From contig CACKRG010000002.1 of the NCBI GenBank assembly GCA_902602515.1, positions 115,761-179,760 on the forward strand: a DNA stretch of 64,000 bases. The letters run 5' to 3'. Below the pieces are notes generated by a model. It was not told where the DNA came from and did not search any database. It saw nothing but the letters and a program-made list of their open reading frames with translations. How positions within the stretch are numbered: the first letter of the stretch is position 1; each line of letters begins with the position of its first letter. This DNA comes from an uncultured Alphaproteobacteria bacterium. Its GTDB lineage: Bacteria > Pseudomonadota > Alphaproteobacteria > HIMB59 > GCA-002718135. The translations under genes and the position numbers were made by a program. Positions 8,368 to 15,482 of this stretch are shown here, one piece after another.

Positions 8368-8997
8368 CTAGTAAGAGTCCTCTAAGAAATCTAACTCTTT
8401 ACCTAAAGCTGAGCTCCATCTAATTTCTTCTTTTGAGTGGTCAATTCTACTAAATAAATAACTAGATATTTCTTCTTCTGCTTCAAATTGAAAAGCAGAG
8501 ATTATACCGTTTGAACTTATAGCATCATCCCTATCCTTAAAATAAAATGTTGTAGAATGTATATTAAAATCATTTTCATCTCTAAAATTAATCGTAAAAT
8601 TATTGATTGAACTTTTAGTTATTTTATTAAAATATTTATTTTTTTCATACTCTAGATAAAAATCTTCAAACAACTTATTAAGTTCTCTTGACTGCTCTTG
8701 TGTTAAGAGGTTTTGCTCCCAAAGCTTTACTTTAGTATCATAATTAGGAAGAAGATGTGTTGGCAAATATTTTTTACCAGGCCTTGCTGACACTCTGATA
8801 CGTAACTTTTCATCAAAGGTATATTTATACAGAACACAAATTCTATCTAAAGAAATACAATAGTGCTTGTAATAAACTTTTTGTTCTTGTTCTTTGTTAT
8901 CTTTGTTTAAAATTAAGTCAGTATTTAAACTCATTCCTAAAATTATTAATACCCCAGAATAAATTACAAATATTATAAATAAAAAAAAGGATTTCAA
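8368..8997 (-). CDS. N-terminally anchored hypothetical protein (209 aa)
   Basis: TTG start in the ORF track, preceded by GGTGA. N-terminal hydrophobic helix. First gene of the co-directional block. Confidence 0.45.
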   Translation of the reverse strand: MKSFFLFIIFVIYSGVLIILGMSLNTDLILNKDNKEQEQKVYYKHYCISLDRICVLYKYTFDEKLRIRVSARPGKKYLPTHLLPNYDTKVKLWEQNLLTQEQSRELNKLFEDFYLEYEKNKYFNKITKSSINNFTINFRDENDFNIHSTTFYFKDRDDAISSNGIISAFQFEAEEEISSYLFSRIDHSKEEIRWSSALGKELDFLEDSY

Positions 8998-9162
8998 AAC
9001 TCACCTAAATTTTTCATTAAGTGTGGCACTATAAGGAGGTTTACAATGAAAAATTTGATGATTGTATAATGAATATTTTTTCTACCCAGTGCCACAAAAA
9101 TTTTTTAATAATGAATTCTGGCATATTCGAGTTGGAAATGTGTTTAGATTAAGAAATATAAA

Positions 9163-9618
9163 TTAATCTTCAAAGTCTGGAAGATTATCAAAAAAGTTTT
9201 GGAACTCATCTAAGTTTACAGTAGTTGGCATAAATTCCTCTTGAGTAGTATTAACTCTCAAACCAATTAAGTTATTACCCCATAGAGATACAAATGTTTC
9301 AATATCTTCAATGGCAATTCTTCTTATGTAATCATGAATATTTTCAAATATTCCTTTTTTGTATTTTTTCTTAAAGTGTTGAAGCATCATTTGGTATGCT
9401 TCATATTCATGGGGCATTACATGGTCTCTAGATGTACTCCACCTTGAGGCTATAGAAATCTTATTATTTTGAACTAATGGTTTTAAACATTTGAATGCGT
9501 CTGAATTTTTATTACAAAATTCATTAAACCCATCATTGAGAATATCATAATATTCATCATCCCAATTGAGAACTGTTTTACCATCCCTTAAAATTCTATA
9601 TTTTGAATCTTCAGTCAT
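9163..9618 (-). CDS. Hypothetical soluble protein (151 aa)
   Basis: ORF only; no recognisable motif. Confidence 0.45.
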   Translation of the reverse strand: MTEDSKYRILRDGKTVLNWDDEYYDILNDGFNEFCNKNSDAFKCLKPLVQNNKISIASRWSTSRDHVMPHEYEAYQMMLQHFKKKYKKGIFENIHDYIRRIAIEDIETFVSLWGNNLIGLRVNTTQEEFMPTTVNLDEFQNFFDNLPDFED

Positions 9619-9671
9619 TTTTCACAATGTTACCTTAATACGAGCACGATTGTGTCTCAATCATTTTTTAA

Positions 9672-10367
9672 TTGTATAATGTGGCATTAATAAAACGAGT
9701 ACTACTATTTTTTCTATCCCTCGTAGGCATCATTGTTTTGCTTATTGGTGCCACAACCTCCTACGCTCAAGATAACTATGAAGCAGATACTCTTGAACCT
9801 AATTTTCGATTCTATTCAATAAAGTGGCTTAATATTCCTGATAAAGAAGGTGGCAAATACGTTTGTGGAACAAAAGTAACAACGTATGATTACACAGGAC
9901 GAAAATATAATATTGAATATTATTACTTGCTTACAAGTGATGATGAAATCATAACTCAATTTATTGTAAACGCTGTGCAAATGAGTGTTGATAATCCAGA
10001 AACACGAAAGATGGAGCAATTGGAAATAAAATTGTATGCTTCTGTACTTTCAAAAGATGGAGTTAAATTTCTAGCCGGTATGCGTGGAAATGATGATAGT
10101 GATAAAAGTGTTGGTGCAGAATACACTGAGTTTGACAGAGAAGGGAATACAAAGATTTTTAAAGATTTATATAAAGGTGGCTTTGAATTAATAGTTCACC
10201 ATATTCCTGGTGCTGAAGTAACCATACCTATTAAAACAAATATTCATTACAAAAAAGAAAATGAACAGGTTTTAGATGATTGTATCGTTGATTTAATTAA
10301 TAATCGACAACATAGAATTCAATCTAGTGTTTCTATAGATGAAAGCATAGTAAGTAGAGTTGGTTGA
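9672..10367 (+). CDS. Secreted hypothetical protein (about 228-231 aa)
   Basis: Signal-peptide-like N-terminus ending in TSYA|QD. The track start is TTG at 9672; GTG at 9681 is an alternative. Confidence 0.5.
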   Translation: MYNVALIKRVLLFFLSLVGIIVLLIGATTSYAQDNYEADTLEPNFRFYSIKWLNIPDKEGGKYVCGTKVTTYDYTGRKYNIEYYYLLTSDDEIITQFIVNAVQMSVDNPETRKMEQLEIKLYASVLSKDGVKFLAGMRGNDDSDKSVGAEYTEFDREGNTKIFKDLYKGGFELIVHHIPGAEVTIPIKTNIHYKKENEQVLDDCIVDLINNRQHRIQSSVSIDESIVSRVG

Positions 10368-10431
10368 TGGAAATCTGTACAATTTTAATTTTATTATTTC
10401 TTTATATTTAAAATAATATTAGACTAATAAC

Positions 10432-10797
10432 ATGCCAACTATAAGCATAGTCTATTCAGAAATACATGTTCTACAATCATTAGAAAGTATGTTTAATGAT
10501 GCTGGTTTTAAAACTTATGCGTATTTCTCTCCAGAGGAAGCATTAAAATGGGCCCCTTATAGAAAACCTGATTTATATTTAATTAATTATAAAAATATAC
10601 ATATGAATGGAGTAGAGTTTTATAATGAACTTAATGAAATTGCTGACCATTATGCTTTAAATTTAAGAGCAGTGTTTATTTCATCAAAAGAAGAAACTAG
10701 ACAAGAATGTTTAGAGGCAGGGGGGCTAGATTTCATTGATGTCCCATTTGAACCTAAGGAAGTAATAAATAAAATTAAAAAAATACTTAAAGTGTAA
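10432..10797 (+). CDS. Stand-alone CheY-like receiver domain with degenerate phospho-acceptor residues (pseudo-receiver)
   Basis: 121 aa that align by eye to the CheY fold. The DD pocket is replaced by YS (IVYSE). The phospho-Asp position is Asn (LYLINYKN; N52, nt 10585-10587). The conserved Ser/Thr is kept (FISS). The Lys position is Val (DVPF). Confidence 0.6.
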   Translation: MPTISIVYSEIHVLQSLESMFNDAGFKTYAYFSPEEALKWAPYRKPDLYLINYKNIHMNGVEFYNELNEIADHYALNLRAVFISSKEETRQECLEAGGLDFIDVPFEPKEVINKIKKILKV

Positions 10798-10940
10798 ACT
10801 ACTTTGGCGACACACTAAGGAATCATTCTTAGTGTATGTTGATATATAAATAGGAGTATCACTACTAGACCTACCTACAATCCTATAAAAACACTTAATA
10901 TGCCACCTTCATAGTTCTCAAAGTAATACTGGTTATTGTA

Positions 10941-11498
10941 TCACTCTGGGGTCTTAGATTTAAAATTACGCTTATAGTTCAACCTATTTTGAAGATTGAC
11001 TCCAGTCTCTTCTCTCCATTTACTAATTTTTTCTTTAGTAACAGATTTCCATTCATTAGTTGCGTAACCTCGCTCATCATCAGCATAAAATGTTAGTCTG
11101 TAAGAGTTTGGTTGATTTAATGCTTCAATCTTCCTTCCTCTTTTATGCCTAACTAAACCGAGAACCTCAGCTTCATCAATTGCTTTACGAATTTTAGATT
11201 TTGTAAGACCATACTCATTCAATTGCTTGTAAGTTGATATTAGTCGTCCATTCTCCAAACCTTTATGATTGCAATGTTCAATCAATAAACGGAATATGAA
11301 TCTAAAACAATTTATTCCCATAGACCTCCAAGCAACGCTATTCAATAATTCAGGTGTTAACCAAATCCATTGACTATTTTGTGGAGGGCCATTAAGCTTT
11401 CTATCTTGTTTGGTTCTTTTACTCGCTCGACCTTTTTGTACATCATATCTAACGCTAGCGTTTGATGAGTTATCATTAGGATATTTTTCTTCTAACAT
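10941..11498 (-). CDS. Winged-helix DNA-binding protein of mobile-element type (185 aa)
   Basis: Central segment (RLISTYKQLNEYGLTKSKIRKAIDEAEVLGLV) has an HTH-plus-wing pattern. N-terminus is basic. Its start abuts the stop of the upstream zinc-ribbon gene. Confidence 0.5.
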   Translation of the reverse strand: MLEEKYPNDNSSNASVRYDVQKGRASKRTKQDRKLNGPPQNSQWIWLTPELLNSVAWRSMGINCFRFIFRLLIEHCNHKGLENGRLISTYKQLNEYGLTKSKIRKAIDEAEVLGLVRHKRGRKIEALNQPNSYRLTFYADDERGYATNEWKSVTKEKISKWREETGVNLQNRLNYKRNFKSKTPE

Positions 11499-11689
11499 TA
11501 CTCACCTCCATTATCTTTAACGCCTGCGTTTAATATGGGGCTCTCAAGATTAAGTAACTTAATACCAATCTTTCTTACTTCTTTTTCATAAGCTTTCTTA
11601 CAAAGCTTAGAACAGTATTTTTGCGGTTGACCCGCTGACCTTGGCACAAATTCAACCTTGCACCATAGGCAATATTTATTTTTATTCAT
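11498..11689 (-). CDS. Small zinc-ribbon protein (63 aa), CxxC...YCSxxC (zf-FCS/TRASH-like)
   Basis: C7-x2-C10 and C26-x3-C30 with the YCSKLC motif. Shares 1 nt with the downstream gene. Confidence 0.5.
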   Translation of the reverse strand: MNKNKYCLWCKVEFVPRSAGQPQKYCSKLCKKAYEKEVRKIGIKLLNLESPILNAGVKDNGGE

Positions 11690-11918
11690 TTTATACCTAA
11701 TTGTTAAGTGTTGATTTCTTGTGACCCTAAGATGCGTAGCTCGGCCTACACGGGGATGGTTATTAATTGAAACGTCACCAACAGTTTGCAGTTTAATTTC
11801 ATAAGAAAGGCTCTGCAGCCAAACACTTATTGTTTACAATATCTGCTCAATATCGCAATAGGAACACTTCAAGAACAATATATTTTTTTTAACACAATTT
11901 GATGTTAGAGTCTTAATT

Positions 11919-12395
11919 ATGAATAGAATGAACAATAAGCAAATCTATCAATACTTATCTGAATTAGAGAGTAATAAATTCTCTTCAATTTATTATTTGC
12001 ATAATGGATTGTTTAGACAAAAATATGGACCATTTATGGAAGAAAAAAATGGAGAGAAAATATATGGATATTTTCAGGATGATTTTTTTAATTTTGAGAT
12101 TTTTAAAGGAAATGTAGTTTGGAGTGTTTTCTGGTTTAAGTTTTTTTTAGCTTTAGTAGTTATCAGTTTCTTACTTGTTATTGTTCTAGGAACTTATTTT
12201 GATAGGTTAGAATTTATGGGTTTTGGTGAAAGTATAATTTTTTATGTGATTTCTATTTGTATAATTTTTATTGTTTTAAGGACAGTCTATTCAATGATTA
12301 AATCCATAGGTAGTGGCAGAACTATCCATTACTTTAATTCTGATGGAAGTAAATATATCAAAATTGATGTTACTTATTCAGATGTTGAGATGTAG
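11919..12395 (+). CDS. Hypothetical membrane protein (158 aa)
   Basis: Two central hydrophobic helices (VVWSVFWFKFFLALVVISFLLVIVLGTYF; IIFYVISICIIFIVL). Confidence 0.4.
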   Translation: MNRMNNKQIYQYLSELESNKFSSIYYLHNGLFRQKYGPFMEEKNGEKIYGYFQDDFFNFEIFKGNVVWSVFWFKFFLALVVISFLLVIVLGTYFDRLEFMGFGESIIFYVISICIIFIVLRTVYSMIKSIGSGRTIHYFNSDGSKYIKIDVTYSDVEM

Positions 12396-12582
12396 TTTAC
12401 AGTTAAATTTATAATTCAAGCTTGAGTTTGGCTATATATACACCCTACCCCCATAGGACGCCTGCACTACCCCTTTTGGAAACAACATTTTTTATTGTGT
12501 CACACTCTTGTCACAACAAGGATATAAAGATAAAAAGTTTTAAAAAACTTAACAGACAAAACAGAGAGATTGTGGGGTTTAT

Positions 12583-12657
12583 TGGAGCGGGCGAAGGGAT
12601 TCGAACCCTCGACTTCAACCTTGGCAAGGTTGCGCTCTACCCCTGAGCTACGCCCGC
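12583..12657 (-). tRNA. tRNA-Gly (anticodon GCC), CCA encoded
   Basis: The reverse complement reads GCGGGCGTAGCTCAGGGGTAGAGCGCAACCTTGCCAAGGTTGAAGTCGAGGGTTCGAATCCCTTCGCCCGCTCCA. It has a 7-bp acceptor stem, D arm GCTC/GAGC, anticodon loop TTGCCAA and a T arm with TTCGAAT. Length 75 nt. Confidence 0.92.
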
Positions 12658-12710
12658 GTTATTTCTCACTTATCACTTTGAATTTATAAGTCAATATTTC
12701 TAGGTTCGTT

Positions 12711-13526
12711 TCAATTGAATCTTTTTCTATAGACTAGGTCTACTAAAATCATGTGAGGCAAAGTTAAGGCTGCCAAGCCAATAAAAATAACCTTAATTAT
12801 TGATTCATATAAGTTGAAATTCTGAGTTAAAAATAAAATTACGACAGCTCCACCAATCCAAGAAATAATTGTGAAAATTAAAGTTGAATATAATACAAAT
12901 GTTTTATTTGAGATGTGCAAATATATATTATTTATAAGGTGCTTTAGGTGTTTATAGGTATGAAAAAAACAAAAATATATAGCAAAAGATAGCAAAGGTT
13001 CAAAAATATAAAAAACTAATAATAAAAACAAAATTTCTAAAATTCCAATACGCAGTTTTTTTTCATAAAAAGATAAATAGATAAAATAGAGTAAGGATAA
13101 TGTAGTTAAAAAATAAGGAATTATAAGAAATTGCTTATAATAATAAATATTATTACTTGTTAAGTATTCAAATATAATAAACGATTGTTCTTCATTAAAA
13201 AATATAATTCCAAAAATAATTGTCATACCGTATGCAAAACTTACTGGGAATTTATATTTTTTAATTTTAAAGTTAGTCCAATCACAAAACCCAAAGTGAA
13301 TTATTGTCATAATAATGAATATAAAAAGAGAGAGTATAGGAAATAATAACCAGAAGGATATTACTACTAAAAATAAAAAAATATAAAGTATAAGGAATTT
13401 GATGAATTGTATCCTTGTATTAAAACCTACAAGTGAAGCGACTGCACCATCAAAAGATCCATGAGGTAAACCAATAAAAAAAATAAGTAAAAATGAAATA
13501 ATATTTAAATTACTAAGTTCCATCAT
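12711..13526 (-). CDS. blh: Beta-carotene 15,15'-dioxygenase, Brp/Blh family (retinal-forming)
   Basis: Polytopic 271-aa protein with His motifs GLPHGSFDG, IIHFG, FFHTYKHLKH and LPHM. Last gene of the crt cluster. Confidence 0.8.
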   Translation of the reverse strand: MMELSNLNIISFLLIFFIGLPHGSFDGAVASLVGFNTRIQFIKFLILYIFLFLVVISFWLLFPILSLFIFIIMTIIHFGFCDWTNFKIKKYKFPVSFAYGMTIIFGIIFFNEEQSFIIFEYLTSNNIYYYKQFLIIPYFLTTLSLLYFIYLSFYEKKLRIGILEILFLLLVFYIFEPLLSFAIYFCFFHTYKHLKHLINNIYLHISNKTFVLYSTLIFTIISWIGGAVVILFLTQNFNLYESIIKVIFIGLAALTLPHMILVDLVYRKRFN

Positions 13527-13529
13527 AAA

Positions 13530-14612
13530 CTATTTAAACATTGCTTTAACAAAAGGAATTATGGGCATACTTTTAATAATTTTTATTTTAGTTAAAAAAG
13601 ATGATTGACCCATCATAAAGCTTTGAAACTCATTACCATTTAAATTTTTAGCAAGTTTAATAAAAGAATTCCCATCTTCATTATTATGTTTTAAATAGTT
13701 TATAAAAATTTTATCCATTTTTTTTTCTAGATATTTATGAACATTAACATAATTTTTTTTTGTAGATTTTAAAAGTTGTATTTGTTTTATTAAAAAAGAA
13801 AAAGCATATCCGGTGCTAGGTTTGCATGCGCCTCCCCTAATACCAATATTAAAAATATTTTGATCTTTTGAGGGTTTTTCTTCTGAAAAAAACATTGGTA
13901 TTATGCCTTTTTCTGAACTATCTTCATTAAATTCATTTATGTTGTTTTCATTGAGATAATTTTTTATTTTCTGTCTATACCACTTTTCATCTAAAATTTT
14001 TTTTGAAAAAACTGTGGATTCTATTAAAGCTTTGTTATGACTAAATGGAAGAACATATATAAAATGTAATAACTGTTTTTCTTTTGTAAATTTCATTAAT
14101 GTTATTTTATTTTTATCAAATATATTGTCTTTAGTTGTAATATTTATTCCAAAAAAATGCTGCTTTAATTCTTGTTTTTTTTCTTTAACAAATCTTGAGT
14201 CATAAATTTTCTTTGCAAAATATTCATTTTTATTTTCAGTTATAATTTTATAATAATTTTTTATTCTTTGATAATTAATGACTTTGGAATCTTTTATTTC
14301 TAGCTTGTTATTTGTGTTCAAGCAAAAATTTTTCCAATTTTTAAAACTTATTATACAGTATGGATGATCACTATCCGTATGATAAATATTATTGTCTGTA
14401 TTACTTATTTCCCATTTGTCCCATTGTTTTTCAATTAATTTTTTATATGGCTTCATCCAGTCAGTTAGCCAGAAACCAAAAAAATTGTTTCTACTTTCAA
14501 TATTTGTATTTTCAAAGGCAATTACCTCATCATCAGAATTGTTATAAATTAATTTATTTACCGCCAAGCCGCTAGCGCCTAAACCGATTATAGCTGCTTT
14601 ATAAATTTTCAT
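13530..14612 (-). CDS. crtY: Lycopene beta-cyclase (CrtY-type flavoprotein)
   Basis: N-terminal dinucleotide fold (AAIIGLGASGLAV). Position between crtB and blh. Confidence 0.75.
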   Translation of the reverse strand: MKIYKAAIIGLGASGLAVNKLIYNNSDDEVIAFENTNIESRNNFFGFWLTDWMKPYKKLIEKQWDKWEISNTDNNIYHTDSDHPYCIISFKNWKNFCLNTNNKLEIKDSKVINYQRIKNYYKIITENKNEYFAKKIYDSRFVKEKKQELKQHFFGINITTKDNIFDKNKITLMKFTKEKQLLHFIYVLPFSHNKALIESTVFSKKILDEKWYRQKIKNYLNENNINEFNEDSSEKGIIPMFFSEEKPSKDQNIFNIGIRGGACKPSTGYAFSFLIKQIQLLKSTKKNYVNVHKYLEKKMDKIFINYLKHNNEDGNSFIKLAKNLNGNEFQSFMMGQSSFLTKIKIIKSMPIIPFVKAMFK

Positions 14613-15480
14613 TTGGTAATTTATCTCTTATTTGTGAGTATTTGTAATTCATAAGAGGTATAATTAAAAAAATAAAAATTGATTTAATAGTTATAAAAAA
14701 TTTTTCAAAAGAGTTTAAATATATTCTTTGCATTAAGAATTTATTTCCACTTTTTTTTATTTTTGTTCCTATACCCATGTATATATTTGCGGCGATAAAA
14801 ATACCCAAACGTGTTTTAAGGGGAATATATCTTAATCCTGCAAAACCATTAATATAATATTGGTAAGATAAATTAATTATTTTATGAACCGCATTTAAAA
14901 TTATATTTTCATCTTCTAAATTAACTGTAGTTTGTTTTGTTAATATTTGTAAATTAATATTTGGTATTAGCTCAGATGGTAAGTAAATTCTTTGCATTTT
15001 TGCATCTTCACTTACATCGCGTGCAATATTAGTTAATTGCATTGCTATTCCAAGATCAATTGCTGATGAAAATGCATTTTTATCAGTAACACCTATAATC
15101 TTAGACATCATTAAGCCAACTGTGCCAGCAACACAATATGAATAGTTTATAAGATCTTTCTCTGTTCTTATGTTTGTTTTCTTTTGATCTTGAATTAATC
15201 CTTCAATTAAATCTGAGAAAATTAGAATATTTATTTTATTTTTAGTTAAAAAAATATTTACTGCGTTTTTTTTATTTTTTTTAATTTCATTTATTGAGTC
15301 TTTTAAAAACAATGACATATCATCATTATCTTTATCAGCAACATTATCAAAATATCTACATATAGAATATAGCGTACCAGCATTAATTTTATATTTTTTT
15401 GGTAGAAAAAAACTGGCCCAATAAAAACTCTTACCTTCATTTTTTAAGTCTAAAGATGAATTTAATGTTAGGTCTTTCAC
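14599..15480 (-). CDS. crtB: Phytoene synthase
   Basis: Motifs SFYWASFFLP, YCVAGTVGLM and QLTNIARDVSEDA..RIYLP. Confidence 0.9.
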   Translation of the reverse strand: MKDLTLNSSLDLKNEGKSFYWASFFLPKKYKINAGTLYSICRYFDNVADKDNDDMSLFLKDSINEIKKNKKNAVNIFLTKNKINILIFSDLIEGLIQDQKKTNIRTEKDLINYSYCVAGTVGLMMSKIIGVTDKNAFSSAIDLGIAMQLTNIARDVSEDAKMQRIYLPSELIPNINLQILTKQTTVNLEDENIILNAVHKIINLSYQYYINGFAGLRYIPLKTRLGIFIAANIYMGIGTKIKKSGNKFLMQRIYLNSFEKFFITIKSIFIFLIIPLMNYKYSQIRDKLPNENL

Positions 15481-15482
15481 TT

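Larger units (their letters stand above)
1..12582. other. Flexible genomic island (partial; left boundary outside the window) abutting the 3' end of tRNA-Gly
   Basis: All 15 ORFs are orphans or conflict/mobile-type genes. Several have stronger Shine-Dalgarno sequences than the core genes. Core synteny begins immediately after the tRNA. No integrase and no att repeat found by eye. Confidence 0.55.

Noticed and set aside
9061-9681. An 11-mer ATTGTATAATG repeated at 9061-9071 and 9671-9681, plus TGTGGCAYTA nearby, flanking the 151-aa gene. Considered as possible target-site duplication or cassette boundaries.
   Set aside because: The flanks beyond the 11-mer show no similarity. A rough estimate for roughly 30% G+C sequence predicts many chance 11-mer repeats within 1 kb over 64 kb. 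The motif also looks like a generic extended -10 box (TGTATAAT).
12445-12644. CTACCCC(T) repeats at 12445, 12467 and within the tRNA (12637-12644), considered as possible att-site remnants.
   Set aside because: The shared 7-8-mer comes from the D-arm side of the tRNA, not from the 3' end where integration repeats arise. It is also too short to be meaningful.
12422-12646. A 74-aa ORF overlapping the tRNA-Gly gene, and a 63-aa ORF at 60965-61156 overlapping the pyc start.
   Set aside because: The first overlaps a well-formed tRNA. The second overlaps the pyruvate carboxylase N-terminus on the opposite strand. Neither has motifs or a ribosome-binding site.
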